Notes: a model not told the origin generated them from the letters alone. A stretch of 63,390 nucleotides of DNA, filler included, from Phoronis australis (GCA_002633005.1; 7 parts of 7 records of this genome joined end to end with filler, not necessarily neighbours in it), one strand, 5' to 3'; counted from the whole stretch's first letter, positions 39,166-52,759 are shown. Made by a program: numbers and translations.

Positions 39166-42100
39166 AAGCCTTGTTTAGGCATTGGAATATTTACCACATA
39201 TTTTGAGATAGGAATACCGAATTCAAAATTTTGTCATAGAACTTCAATATCAAGATATCACTCTAGCACACGAAATTTATGGAAATGCCTTGCTGCCCTA
39301 GATGTGAAAGAGTCGTGGACGTTGATGTTCAGGGCAAAACAAGACCATAATTTTTTTTAAAGCGCAGACATACACTGCCCACCAATTCAGAAAACGTTGC
39401 GGGAAAAAGGATGTTTGACACTACAAACTTGTACTAGGGTAACAAAGACAGTAAAACAGTGCAGGGGCTAAGAAACGAAAACTGGTTACAGAACAACAAA
39501 ATCTGGCAATTTTTCAGGACTTTAGAAATTTGAACGCACCAAAAGTTCTTGGATTGTCACTAGTCTGACCACATCCAATCGAGCGGTTGGTTGTGATCTA
39601 CGTCACAGTGCGCGTGTCTTGTTCACCCATTGGAATGCTCACTTCGCATTTTGAGATAGGAATGCCGAATACAAAGTTGTGTCATTGAAATACAATTGCA
39701 GGACGTCATTCTTGCACATAGAAATTTATCGAAACGCTTTGCTGTCCAAGACGTGAGAGAGTCGTGGACGGTTGATGTTGAGGAGGAGGGTGAAACAAGC
39801 CATAGTTCTTGAAATGGGCAAAGAGATACATCACTGACAAATTAAGAAAACTTTGTGGGTAAGTACAGACCTGAAGGATAACGAAAATAATTTTATAGTG
39901 CCGCGGCTAAGAGCCTAAATGTAGCTACATATTTAGAATAACGGTATCAGACATTAAAAACCTAAAGTCACCAAAAACTCTTCGAAATGCATCTAATCAA
40001 GCAGCTGAGTTGCTTTTCGAGATCTGTGTTATTGTACATAAGCCTTGTTTAGGCATTGGATTGTTCGCCACATATTTTGAGACAGGACACCGAATAAATT
40101 TATTGTCATAGTACTTAAATTGCAAGACCCCACTTCTTCACACGGAAATTTATTTGTATTATTTTGTACAACTTGTCTTGATGAGCCATCAAGGACCCTA
40201 TTGTCCACTTCTCTTGATGGGCTTGGTATTCAACAAGCTGTTCAAATTCATGTTTCAGTTTTATGTCGGTGTTTTTTAATTGAATTTTTTTCATTACAAC
40301 AATGGTCTTGCTGTTAGTGCCACCTAGAAAAAGATAATATTGCACTTGAACTCTGTGTTAGTTACGGTAAAAATTCTCCAGTTTGAGACAGTGAAAATTT
40401 CATTATTTTGTTTAAGCTCAGAGCTTGTACCAAATTTTAGAAATATGTAATATTCGTCATCTCAAATTCAAGAATTATCACCAGTGACAAGGGATCATTC
40501 ATCTCAATGTTTCACACTATTAGGATGCATGAAAGGGTTGTGTTGGCGGCTATTTTTGCCGATTTTATGAATATGCCAAGTCTACTTTCAGACGCTGTCG
40601 ATACAAAACGTAGTGTCCGAAATTTGAGAAATATGATGAACACAAAGACTGACGGTGCCCCACTCTTTAGAATCAAGGAAATTCAATTTTGCATGAATTT
40701 CTGTATCCCTAATTTTAAAGGCTGTATCATACTGTATCTTAAAATTTCTGTGTTAGTGTCATGAAGTCACTACCCTATGTAGATTTGTTATATTTTATTA
40801 ACCTATGTGATGGTTTCTGTATAGCCTATTTCATGGGTACAGAGACAGATTGCACTTGGTCAGCCTAATGAAAGCTCTCATGTCATTTTGTCACAACTCC
40901 TGCCTGGTGGTACATCTGTCCCAGATGATGTTCCTGACTTCTACTTGTGGAAGGTACGTCATTGTCTAAGCCAAAGAGATAGATCATGTGAACTACCTTC
41001 AGCGATGTAGTGGGTTTGATTCTTGTAAAAATATCGTGGTTCTTACTGGTGGTGGGTTGAGTCACTGTTCTATGTGGCTTAATTTGTATTCAGGCTCTAA
41101 TGTCTGGTAAAATTCAAAGTCGACTTCAAGGTGTTGTAGGTCCACCTTCTATCAACAAACGAACTGTTCACTTGGGTCACTTAACTTTAGAATGGTAATG
41201 CCGGCTTGATCATGCCTTTTAACCGCCCACTGTTCATTTAAGCGCCCCCCTGTGATTTTCGAAGATTTCCAGTTAAGCGCTCACCTCTCGGTCAAGCGCC
41301 CATCCCCGACTTTTAAAGAATGAAGATTTAGCGCCCAGTGCTAAGGAAACTCGCGCTTTCCCGACTTTTAGAAAAAGTTCGATGATCACAATGAGCGCAA
41401 CGACGCCGGGCCTCCGAGACGGTGGTTTAGCAATGTGAATTACAATATAAGTGACGAGTTATTGTCTAGGGTCCTGGACTCATTTCAAAATATAATACTT
41501 GAACGTTTTTGTCACTTTATTTTCTTCCTATCTTTGCAAAGTTTAAGAACGCCGCCGGCGTCAAAACCTCCGTTTTCAGTGACTTTGTCTGCCGCGCTGA
41601 GTTTCCGTCAATAGTGCACTAGATAGAACATATATTCGAAAAAATCAGGCCACAGAAATGTGACAATGGTTTTGCCAACCCTCCAAATTCTATTAAGGTA
41701 GGAAACTCTCGTATTTTGAACAAATCGCACAACTCACGGAAAGATGTCAAATTCTCAATATTTTGATGAATGTAACTGCAGGGTTATAGAAGATGTGTGG
41801 CGACCAAAGGGACAGCACAAGTGCCTTACTGGGTTACAGATTTCGTTGCTGCTTATCGATTTCTGAATTCAAAGGTTGGCAATAATGTATGTTTCTGTAT
41901 GATCTTGAGGTAATAAAAACTGCTAGTCAAATTTTGTTTTTCGCTTATTGCATCTCAGTCAAACTGGCGTTAGCAGATTTAACTAATGTAGTCGCTGGCT
42001 GTTCTTTAATATTTCTTGAGTCAGCCCCCACGTAAGCATGACTGAGTGAATTATCGTTTCCATATCCCTTTTTAGACATCCAGAATAATTTTGTTTATAC

Positions 42101-42469
42101 ATTGGCCAGTTTCAGCCTGAACAAAAGTTATTACCATTCGAGTCTGAAATATCTACGACGTAGACTGACTGAAAATTGGCGATAGTGGGTAGGAGGTGCA
42201 CGCTGCTAGCTACGGACATGGACGTAGGGAGCATCGAGCCGGGAAATATCGGAATAGACTTGATATCGCAGTTTTGGGGAACATTGGTAACGGAGGAATA
42301 TCGTAAAGAACTGCGTCTTTCGTAACAACAGCTTAAAAGTACATAGTCACGCCCGTTTATGTTACTTAGGGCTATTCTCTTTTGAATTCGGGACACCAAG
42401 GTCGTTGACTTGTATTCGAAGCTGGGATTTATGAAAGTGAAACAAAGAAATAAATATCTCTCTGCCTGT

Positions 42470-43015
42470 TGTATCAATGGCTTGGCTCCAACATATCTCA
42501 GCCAAAAATTCAATAGCAGTCGAGCAGTATATTCTACACGCTCTTCTGTTGCTGGAAATGTGTCTTTAAAAAATTAAAACCGAGACTGGCAAGAGATCTT
42601 TTATCTATGCTGCTGCTACAATATGGAATTCTCTTAGCCCAGAAATTGAACGGTCCGATTCAATTGATATTTTCAAACGTAATATTAAAAAGTGGCTGTA
42701 ATTTACCTAAATTTTTTAACCCTATCTGTCTCAGTCATGTCATTCTTTCCATTATTGTAAATACTCTCACTGTCATCTCTTTATTTATTCCATCTCTCTT
42801 AGTATATTTTCACCATTTTTCGTCATTTATTTATTGTTTTAATTGTCAACCTGTTTTCATTGTATCTTTTTACGCATATTTAATTGTTGTTTTATTACGT
42901 CATTGTATTATATTAGTGTTTTTTTGTTGTAGAGGGCCCTCTTGGAAAGCAGTGCTATCGCTGAAGAGGCCATCCTCATTTTAAATATCGCAATAGATAA
43001 ATAAATAAATAAAAA
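42470..43015 (+). mobile_element. 5'-truncated L2/CR1-group LINE 3' end
   Basis: CINGLAPTYLS..YSTRS, then after a frameshift KTETGKRSFIYAAATIWNSL..FKRNIKKWL*. Followed by a 3' UTR, a stem-loop near 42934-42977 and a (TAAA)n tail. Confidence 0.82.
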
Positions 43016-43918
43016 TGTGTGGCTTTGTAGTGGTACACGTGCGTAAGTTCCCACACTTTGGAGTGCATGTTACCTTGACACCAACATGTGATTGACAGGT
43101 GACTCACACGTAGGCCCTACGTGCGTACTGAGTCCCGCCACTATCTTTGGCCATAAAAAACGAGATGCATGTTGAAAGAGGCCGGTATATTACTTGACGG
43201 CATTTCCAAGTCAAAATTGACAGCCGACTATGACATAGCGCGCTAACAGTGGGACCGAACAGTGCCGCAGTGCGATATTGCAAGTGATATAAATAGGATA
43301 ATCTGGACATCTTGCGTGAAAAACAAATGTTTTTCCACCACGAAGTTTGGTAAGGTGATCGTTTAAGAATGAATTGAAACATCGCTATTTTGTGGCGTTT
43401 TATCACATATTTATGCCGTGGCTCGAAATTTTATTCTTAATTGACGAGTGGCTAACGGCCGCTTAACCCCGATTCTTGTGTTAGGCCTACTTCTTTGCCG
43501 AGCATGTTTGGCGCAATACCGGGCGGTACACTCTATCACAGTGCTAAACTTTGCAGTATAGGTGGCGCTGTGTCAGAGGGTATACCGGGCGGTCGAGATA
43601 AAACAGCTAGCCGCAGAACCATACGCTGAAAATGTCATTGAGTCACGGAGTGTCGACTATAAACATCCCAAACACAAAAAACGTCTGAATTAAGTTTTTC
43701 AAACTTGTATTACAACTAATTTTAAAACTGCTCTCTGGCTATGAACTTGGCAGCTAGTACGAGACTGTAACCATAAATTTGATGTCTGCTGTGACCTCTG
43801 CGTCACGTGAANNNNNNNNNNNNNNNNNNNNNNNNNNNNNNNNNNNNNNNNNNNNNNNNNNNNNNNNNNNNNNNNNNNNNNNNNNNNNNNNNNNNNNNNN
43901 NNNNNNNNNNNNNNNNNN

Positions 43919-46588
43919 CGGTTCTAATTTGAGCAAGAATTGACCTACTAGGCCGAGTTAAGTCTAAATGCACGTAAGGCTCAACTTCAAAGACATTCTT
44001 CATCAAAACATAGGTTCTTAACTTTGGTTTCGAACGGCTTTCAAACAACCACCTATTACAGGCTAAATCGTGCAAAATATTCTTACAGTGAGACAGATTA
44101 ACTGAACGTAAGTTATGAAAACAATCCTAAATCCCTAATTCTTCAAAAATGCTCAAGACCAATTATTAGTACAAGTAGTGTAGTCCCACCAAAATATTCG
44201 GTATGTTAGTCTATCATCCTCGAAATTAATAATACGATTCCACATTCTCAAAAGCTCAATTTTCCGCCTAACACAGGGGAATTCCCACCCTATGTCACCC
44301 TTAACAACATGATTAGGAGCGAATTTGTGAACGCCCAAGAAAAATCGCGCGGCTCTATTCTGAATGACATTATAATCCTGTAGACTAGAGCCGCCCCAGA
44401 CACCTACGCAATAATCTCTAACAGGCACAACACGAGCATTGAATAATGTAGTGAACGTTCTGTACCTCATATTTTTATTCTTTTTAACTTTATTAATTAA
44501 AGCGCCCAAAGCTCTTCCTTCAGATTCGGATAGAGTTTTAGCAGTTTCAGAAAACTTCAAATGTTCATTTAAAATTATTCCTAAATATTTATATTTGGGT
44601 ACATATTCCAGGTCTAGTCGACCCAACCGAAATGGATATAAACTACTCCAGACATGCTTGGATCTGAAGTGAATAACATTAGTTTTTTCCTGATTGACAA
44701 TTAGCCTCCATTTAGAGCACCATTTATCAACTATATTCAATAAACCCTGTAAATTTTCTTCGCTCTCGGCAAGTACAACTATATCATCAGCATAAAACAA
44801 AGCACCGATAGGAATTCCTAAGTTTGACTGTTTTAATTCCTTTGCCAAATCATTTATAAATAGTGCAAAAAGAGTAGGTGATAAAACATCTCCCTGTTTG
44901 ACCCCACAAGATGTATAAAAACAGTCCGTAAAGGTATTATTAATCTTAACACAGGATTGAGTTTTGGCATAAATATTTTTAACTGATTCATAAAATTTTC
45001 CAACTATCATAAGATCCAACATTTTAAAAAGTAAACTATTTCTATCTATCCAGTCAAAAGCTTTTTGCATATCAATAAAAGTAGCAAATGTGGATTGTTT
45101 GTTATTCAAGCGATTACGTATAATCGAGGTCAAAACAAAGACGTGATCAACACATGCTCTGTCACGACGAAAGCCATTTGCTCATAAACAAGGAGCCCGT
45201 TTTCTTCCGCGTACTCAACCAGTCTATTGTTCAATACACTACTATACAACGTATATACGTTAGAGAACAAGCTGATACCTCTATAACTCAGCGGGACGCG
45301 CGGGTCCTTCTCTGACCCCTTTGGGATAGGCATAATAACGGATTTAGCCCATAAACTAGGAACCATAGCGTAACGAAAAACCATTTGGAACAAATAAGTC
45401 AAAAGGTCAATAGCGTTATCATTTTTACATACTTCATAACAAATACGATCAATTCTTACTGCTTTATTGTGTTTAGATTTCATCACTACCCGCTTTACTT
45501 CATCGCGAGTAATATTTTTATTCAAAATACTATTTTCATCAAAGTCAAGATTATTAAACGACTCAAGATGAGCTTTTTTGAGAAGCATATCAGCATAAAA
45601 TCCCCAGTCAAACTCATTTACAGTTGGACCATTGTATAACGATTCATACTCGTTCTTCCATTTATTAAAAACATATTGGTTATTGGTATTAGGGTTTCCC
45701 GTGTCATCGTATACTTCCATGGGTATCATCTTTCTAAAAGAGGGGCCCAAGTTCTTAATGTACTTCCAAAATTCTGTTGGGTTATTGAAATTTAAAGATT
45801 CTATGAGGTCAGCTTCATCTCTCAAAAATTTTCTTTCGATCCTCCTGTGGACTTTATCAAATAGAACCTGGGCATTTTGAAATTGGCGTGTCAGTAAAGA
45901 GCGTTCTTCTCGAGAGCCGCTGCATTTCAATTTTTTTTCCTTTAAACTTAAATCTTTCCAAAGCTCGGACAATTCAGCACACCAATAGGGTTTGCTTGAT
46001 TTAAATCTCCTTTTCACCTTCTTTGAATTAGAACAAAATAATTTTCTGTCCATCTCGTCAAATGTACACTCACAAAACCTACTGTACATACAGTCAATGT
46101 TTTCTTGTTTTGCTCTGCAGACCAAAATAGAATCAATTAATTCTCGCATAGCAGTATTAAAAATTTCAGAATTCATAGTCTACGGGAATTGACCGAACTT
46201 TATATCTCTTTGGGGAATCGATGCAAGCTTCATTTAACTGAGAAAGGTTGCCATTATAATGTACGGAAAATCAAGGGCAAGTAAAGAATGATCTGGCATA
46301 TGGCAAACGCCAGAAATTTCACTCAGAAGATCAAATTTGTCTACCAACGCTACGGGTGTATAAATTTCAAATTTCAGACAATTAGATAAATTTTCATGAT
46401 GCGTAAATACGTAATCAACAACAGATGAACCCCTTCCAGATACGAATGTCTAGTTATCTTGATCGGGACATATAGGCCCATTGAGAACACAAAACTTTGA
46501 GTCAATACAAAATTCAATGAAGGAATCCCCATGCCTATTTTTAGAACCATCTAAAGACTGTCTGCTGGGGATTACATCGACATCCTGT
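43919..46588 (-). mobile_element. Non-LTR retrotransposon ORF2 pseudogene (APE endonuclease end + RT; RTE-X/L2-like)
   Basis: EN motifs NRHG..FC.LNG..GSSVVDY..PDH. RT motifs IPK..DPR..SYRGISL, FIDMQKAFDWIDR, GVKQGDVLSPTLFALFINDL, LFYADDIV, YKYLG. C-terminal KLRTY..EPY..RSILAQIR. Stops and frameshifts present; the 3' end runs into the N gap. Confidence 0.93.
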
Positions 46589-47575
46589 ACTCAGCAATTC
46601 TGTAAATTTAATAATGAATAACTAATCTGAGGGCAAGAGAACCTTTGTTGGGATCATCCGCTGTTATGGCATTTTTACCGTCATGTGGCGACGTGACGAT
46701 AACGCTCTTTGAAAAGTGCTACGCGTTCCGAGTATGTGTGGTTTGGGGACTTAGATCACTAGGTAAGATTAACCGCCCAGGGCGGTTGCCTGTCGTGATA
46801 AGCGCCCATGTTCGGTTAACCGCCTACCCTGGATTTCTTAAAATTTCACGTTTAAGCGCCCATGTCTGGTTAACCGCCCACCCCCGATTTTTTGGGTTTA
46901 CCAATTTAACTGCCCACGGCGTTAACCCGAACGTTTACGGTACTATATTGTCATTTTCTCAAAAGGTAGTCAACATACTGTCTATCGTCACTTCAACTAC
47001 ACACTGTATTGATTTACAAAGAAAATCAACAACAATATTATAGCATTTCTATTATAATGTTAATCTTTTATCACACATACCTCAAAATTCGTCATACAAA
47101 AATATATAAAATATTGCTTTAGGGAAATCAACATTACAAATCCATTGAACATTTCCTACGAATTACTTTTGGAATGTATTAGAGTCAGTACTGACACATA
47201 GACAATGTATTTCGGACTGAATGATAGTATAATAAATAGTCTATCACAGGAAATCAACAACAATATGAAAGTAATTTCTACAATAATCATAGACATATAT
47301 TTTCTTTAAAATACTCATTGGTCAAAACAATTGTGTGTAAGTGTTGGCCAATGACACTTAGTATGGTCATTTAAATCAACCTAAACACTACAAAAATGTA
47401 CTGGTTCTGTTAAAGATCCTGTTGAAATAACACAAATACAGAAAAAATCTTGAGGAAAAAAGGTTCAAAACAAAACGTCAAACTACTATCACATCAGTCA
47501 ACTACCAACCATAAACACTGTTAATCTGAATAAACTACAGTGACTTCACAACCTTCACTGCTGGACTTAATGATT

Positions 47576-48024
47576 TCATTCATGACGTTTTTGCTTCTTA
47601 TGCCTGTAGAGGAAGACATACTGTTTGCATGACATGCCACATTCACCACAAAAAGTAGCGTCCTCGTGCTGTGACGCAATAGGTCGCGCCAGGCTCACTC
47701 TTTCCGTGAAACATTGATCACAGATAGGACTCTGAATCGCCTTGGTTCCTGAGTCCGATGCTACATGTTGTGTTTTCTTACATTGGTAAAAAAACTCTTG
47801 ACGCATGCAATGTGCCAATCACAGAGCTGGTAAAGGTCTTGCTTGCTCTACACTCACTGTGTTTTACTGCCCTGTGGTCATACCAAGAGGATTTCTCAGT
47901 TACGTCCTGAACGAAGCTCCACAGCATACACACACTCCTTTGTGACATGCAGCTGTTGTGCTACTCTTTTTTGAAGGCGTGGACGTTAACTACCTGAAGG
48001 ACTCGTCATGTGGCTACAGTTCAA
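47576..48024 (-). pseudogene. Degenerate Cys/His-rich coding remnant ending in a C2H2-like finger
   Basis: CGECGMSCKQYVFLYRHKKQKRH fits C-x2-C-x12-H-x5-H. Upstream Cys clusters contain stops, and an acceptor-like TTTTTTCAG lies at ~48025. Confidence 0.35.
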
Positions 48025-48389
48025 CTGAAAAAAATCAAATCCATTATTATGTTTGTTAGGCTAAATCTGTATCGAATTCGAACCAAAGTGACCTCTACTT
48101 AAGAAGAAAATGACACATAAAAACCTGGTACGTCACTGTAGTCTGTTATTTTTGGTGCAAGGTCTCGTTCTCGATCGCTTTCCGGGCGTTCTCGATTGCG
48201 GGTTGGCCGGGGTGTAATAGGCCAAAACGGGATTTGGTAAGCTTTTAAAATTTAGGTCTACAGATGACGATTATGTAATCNNNNNNNNNNNNNNNNNNNN
48301 NNNNNNNNNNNNNNNNNNNNNNNNTTAATTAATTAANNNNNNNNNNNNNNNNNNNNNNNNNNNNNNNNNNNNNNNNNNNNATTAAGAAT

Positions 48390-48490
48390 AAATACTGCCA
48401 GACAAATCTAGTGGTGGATTATCCCCGCTAGACAAGCCCAAGTACCTGAGTTGAGCTAGATCAACCCGCCAGGTAACCGCTTGAAACCAT
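48390..48490 (+). repeat. Unit of a ~140-bp repeat family also found inverted at 52160-52556
   Basis: ACTGCCAGACAAATCTAGTGGTGG..TTGAGCTAGATCAACCC..AGGTAACCGCTTGAAACCA. Confidence 0.8.
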
Positions 48491-49077
48491 TTGCATAATG
48501 TAGAGCAACATTCTGCATGCAACAAAAGATACTTTGCAGACATTTTTAGGGGTGGGGCAGCAGCGTGCAGAGGTTTGGTCGATGTAGGGGCGACTTTTTT
48601 AGACGCCACTATCTCTCTACTCAAATGCATATATCCTATTCAGGCCCGTAGCCAGCATGGTGGTTGGGATTTCAAGAACGGTGGATCTTGGTATTTTGCA
48701 AACGTCGACACTGTAGAGTTTTCGGTGATGCCTTTGACGTAGCTTACCGGTAATTAGGGGGAAGGGAAATCTGTATACATGACGACGACTCATGTTCATG
48801 ACTGAGATAAGACGGAATTTGTAATACCAGATACGAGGATGTTGTGACGATTGCTCGCAAAGAACGGAACGCAAATTAGGATGGAATGTGGCCCAAAAAG
48901 AGAACATTCTCGCCTTATTTCCTGCCGAAGTTTCAGATCAGCCATGCTTAAATGAGTGATTACACCTCATTGCATACTCAGACGGAAATATGAAGTCTAG
49001 TTGGCCTATGACTTAACAAAATTGTATATCTGGTTGTATTGTAGCGTGATACTTAAGTTGCTTACATAGCTGGAAAT

Positions 49078-50204
49078 GGGGACATCCCACTATTTCGAAA
49101 GTTTACTACTCGGAAGGTTCACCGACCATTCCGAAGGTTCGCTACTTCAACGATGCACCACTCCGAAGATTCACCGCTTCAAACATATCTAAACTTTCAG
49201 ACTCAGATGTGATTTTTGAACTTTTGCATGCTAAAACAAACGATTTTTCGGCTATTAGATGCACCTATGCCGAAAACAACGCCCGGGCACTAAAACACTT
49301 TGGGTTTTATGTAGACAGTGACCACCGTCTCCAGCTGGCCAGCACAACTAGAAACGGTAGTCAGATTTCATGCGCATGCGAAATTGCTTGCATGTCTTAA
49401 AATGAGTACGCACTTGAATTTTAAAATGATATGAAGAAGGAATACTGATGAATCATCAGCCATGACACAATTCATCAAATTCATGTCACACGGCCGGGTC
49501 GAAACTAAATGAAGTTATCAGACCACCCTGTCCCTGCCAGTCCTCATGAAGTCGGGGAGTCCCATTTAGTCTTCTTAAATTTGAAACCGCCGTTGGTCGC
49601 CGCAGCCGTGCCCCAGATGTTGTCTCTGCTTGAGAATGAGTCGTGATCACACAACCAAAATAGTGAACTGTCGGAATTCTGGGCCCAGTCTCGAATCTTT
49701 TTACTCGAAATGGAACTCGAAATAAAGTTTGGCACTTTTTAATCTACTTTTGTGCGAACTCAAGATAAGTGTCCATTACTCAATGCTCGAATACATAATG
49801 ACTTACGTGGATGATTGATTAGTCATATTTTGCAGTTTACAAAACCAACATTAAAGCTAAAAGTTTGAGTTTAAACTCGAAATTTCGAGTTTTCACTCGA
49901 GTTTGTAGCACGCATATATGGGTTTTTAAGTGCAAACTTGGACTAGAAACTCATATGCATGAACTATAATTATTCGAGTACAATCTGATAACCACTTATC
50001 TTGAGTTCGCACAAAAGGAGCAGAGAAATTGCCAAAAATAATTTCCAGTTCGTTTCGAGTACAAAGATTAGAGACCGGGACCAGGGTTTGGAATAGTGGA
50101 AATTCAAAGTAGTGATCTTTAGAAGATAACGAACCTTCGGAGTAATTGGCATTCTGAGTACTGGACCTTCGGAGCATTGAACCTTCGTCATAGTGACATG
50201 GAAC
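49078..50204. mobile_element. Non-autonomous Mutator-like element
   Basis: Exact 9-bp TSD GCTGGAAAT (49069-49077, 50205-50213), G...C termini, and inverted subterminal arrays of CCGAAGGTTC / GAACCTTCGG. Confidence 0.85.
49682..50081. mobile_element. PIF/Harbinger-type MITE nested in the Mutator-like element
   Basis: ~40-bp TIRs GGCCCAGTCTCGAATCTTTTTACTCGAAA / TTTCGAGTACAAAGATTAGAGACCGGGAC, flanked by CTG/CAG. Confidence 0.72.
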
Positions 50205-50796
50205 GCTGGAAATCTTTTCAATCTAGTTCGTGGCTCGTATGAAGCAGTGCAGGGTTGTGCACCATTGACATTGATTGGCTAGAGAAGATTTTCATTGACC
50301 AAAGTTGAGGTCTATGCCTACCTTTCCATCATAACGTGAAAATGCTCAACGGTGCATTCTCAGTGCAAGAAAACGCGGTAGTTGAATGTCTGTTTTTTTA
50401 GCACGACGGAGGACTGCCTATAATGAACTTACTGTCAGCATGTTCTGAATTTAAAAGAACAGAAACGTTCAAACGTGTACACGCATGCATGTCAATCCAT
50501 CCAACAATCAAAGTGGACACTGGTTGAACAACATATTTGCAAATTTAACGATCACTTTCAATTCAAAATTTGAAAATGCCTACACTTCTACCGTACTATG
50601 ATTGCAATTAAACCAAAAATAGCAGAATAACAAATCTCAATTTTTCTGCTGCTGTGTTTCTTGGCTGAGTTTAAAAGGGGACTGTAGTCAAAATAATGTT
50701 GCAGCTAATCGGTTCTAGCATACAAATAAAACTCACATTTGCCTGACTTGCGTGCCAAACAAAAGCCAATTCGTATTCATGGTCAAAACACTGAAN

Positions 50797-52158
50797 CATC
50801 CAGTCCCAGGGTGGGACCGTCCAACTGGTGGTGAATATTACAGTCATAATCTGTAATAATCACCCGTCCCCCAAATGCATCACACACAACCAGCCGGTCG
50901 CCGTGACATGTAACACACGCCTCAATTTTATACACATCAGGACACACCTTCACCGCCTTACCGCGGGCATTGTACCTAACAACACCCTTAATGCCGATGT
51001 CGGTGATGAAGATGTCTCCACCATCACTACATGTCACATCGAGAGGCCTCTGCAGTTTGTGACGAGTTTGTTGTAACGCAAACTTTAGTTTAAACTTGTG
51101 CTTATCAAAGACTCTCACTGTTTTGTTGTTCACGTCTGTTACAACAAACCCCGCATCACAAACTGCCAGTCCACAACACACAGGCTTCCTCTCCCCCTCA
51201 CCATGGCTGGTAAAACTACCCACACTACCCGCAGGTTCTTTAACAGTCAGTTGTGGAGTGACAGGTTGAACGAGTGATTTGGATGAAAGTTGTGAGAATT
51301 TTGTAGTGGTTTCTTGTGATTCTACAGTAAACCCTACGTCAACATACGAGTCCGCTACTAACAATTCAGACGGTGTAAAACCGAACACTGGCTTTTCAAC
51401 GCCATGTTGTAACTGATTCACATCTAACGATGCAAGGGTGTCCGCCATGGTGGTGAACTGTTGAGTTGTTTCTGAAGGATGTGAACTTTCAATGAGTTGC
51501 TTAGCGTATCTCAATGTACTCATCAGAGACTGTCGACTTTGTTCAGCCGCCTCGTAAGCGGCTTGAGTTTGTTTTTGGGCCAAGAGGAACTGTTCGTTAA
51601 GTTTAGTGATCGCTTCACCTTTCTTTATTTCAACCCTGTCCTTGAAGTCATCATAAACCTTGCAGAGTTCCTCAAGCTTTTGAGCTAACATTTCTTGTGT
51701 TAGCTCTTCGCGAACATTTCTGCGTGCGTCTGCCACAATCTGTGCATGATCGACTGCGTCTACCCAGGGCTCAATCAAACCTTGGAGCACCTCGACTGCT
51801 TCCTTTGCCGCCTCGTCAAGGTTTTTCATTTTGTGTTGATCGTGGTCTAGCTTTGTACATAACATACAAACGGGTATCTTGCACTTTTCACAATAAATTT
51901 CCAGCAACTTGTCCGTGTGTTTTAAACAATACGTCTTCTGACATCGACGCATTGTTTCAAAATGAACGCCAGCAGTGACTTCATCCAAACTGACCACTTT
52001 GTGGGTTAAAGTGAGTCCAGTCTGACAGTGAACGGCAGCACACTTTTCACACAGGTGATGAGCGCACTGTAGACACATGGACTCTGCTTCGACTGTGGAT
52101 CCGTTGTGATGACACACAAAACAGAAGACATTGCCTGTTTTGGGAACGCAGTCATTCA
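50797..52158 (-). CDS. TRIM-NHL type E3 ligase: B-box1, B-box2, coiled coil, partial NHL beta-propeller
   Basis: Long open frame with CFVC..MCLQCAHHLCEKCAAVH..THKVV, YCLKH..IYCEKCKIPVCMLC..DHDQH, a helical coiled-coil region, and GLAV..FVVTD..VRVFD / RPLDVT..IFITD repeats. Bounded on both sides by single-N joins. Confidence 0.88.
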
Positions 52159-52159
52159 N

Positions 52160-52556
52160 CGGTTACCTGATGGGTTGATCTAGCTCAATTCAGGTATTTG
52201 GGCGTGTCTGGCGGATGTAACCCACCACTAGATTTGTCTGGCAGTGCTCATTCGTGATACCTGGGCTTACGGTGAATATTTTGCGACTGGTTTCAAGCGG
52301 TTACCTCTTGGATTGATCTAGCTCAATTTTTGTACCCTGAATATGTTCGTCTGGCGGGTACTCCCCACCACTGAAATTGTCTGGCAATGACCAATTTTGA
52401 TACAATGGATGACGTAGCAGGTATCGAAGGCAGTTTTAAGTGGTTACCAGAAAAGTTGATCTAGCTAAATTTTTGAGTGCAATTCTCTTGGCTCCCCTGA
52501 CCACACCCACCAGAGCGAACCTGCCAGACGGTCATTTCCAAGCATCAGGATACCCA
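52160..52556 (-). repeat. ~140-bp tandem repeat (about 3 units) between TRIM RING and B-box segments
   Basis: GGTTACC..TTGATCTAGCT recurs at 52161, 52299, 52442. Confidence 0.85.
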
Positions 52557-52572
52557 TAGAGCACTGTGGCAC

Positions 52573-52759
52573 CAATTCTCTTGCATATGGGACACGAGAA
52601 TTTGTCGTTTTTTCCTTCTTTATCCATATACGTCTGAATACATCCCTCACAAAATGTATGTACACACGGTAGCAGGCGGGGAGTCTTCTGGCGCTCCAAA
52701 CAAATGGGGCATTCGAGCATGCGCCGCATTTCCTCTGCGTCTTTGGAGCTGATGGCCAT
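52573..52759 (-). CDS. TRIM N-terminal RING finger exon (C3HC4)
   Basis: MAISSK..LECPICLERQKTPRLLPCVHTFCEGCI..FSCPICK. Acceptor TTCTTTTCAG lies ~21 nt upstream of the ATG (5' UTR intron). The 3' boundary is uncertain. Confidence 0.85.

Larger units (their letters stand above)
34490..40155. repeat. Diverged ~450-bp tandem repeat (alternating A/B monomers), interrupted by transposons
   Basis: Landmark ATTGGA(A)T..TTTTGAGA(T/C)AGGA..GTCGTGGACGTTGATG recurs at ~34788, 36839, 38053, 39181, 39629, 40055. Spacing is ~426-468 bp once insertions are subtracted. Confidence 0.88.
41201..46940. mobile_element. pogo-type DNA element expanded by nested LINE insertions
   Basis: Right end GTTAACCCGAACGTTTACGG|TA. 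Clusters of co-oriented TAA(G/C)CGCCC repeats at 41220-41340 and 46770-46920, the same architecture as 15140-16453 in reverse. The left TIR is degenerate. Confidence 0.55.

Noticed and set aside
42607-42984. Hydrophobic 125-aa ORF resembling a membrane protein
   Set aside because: Out-of-frame reading of a LINE ORF end and its T-rich 3' UTR.
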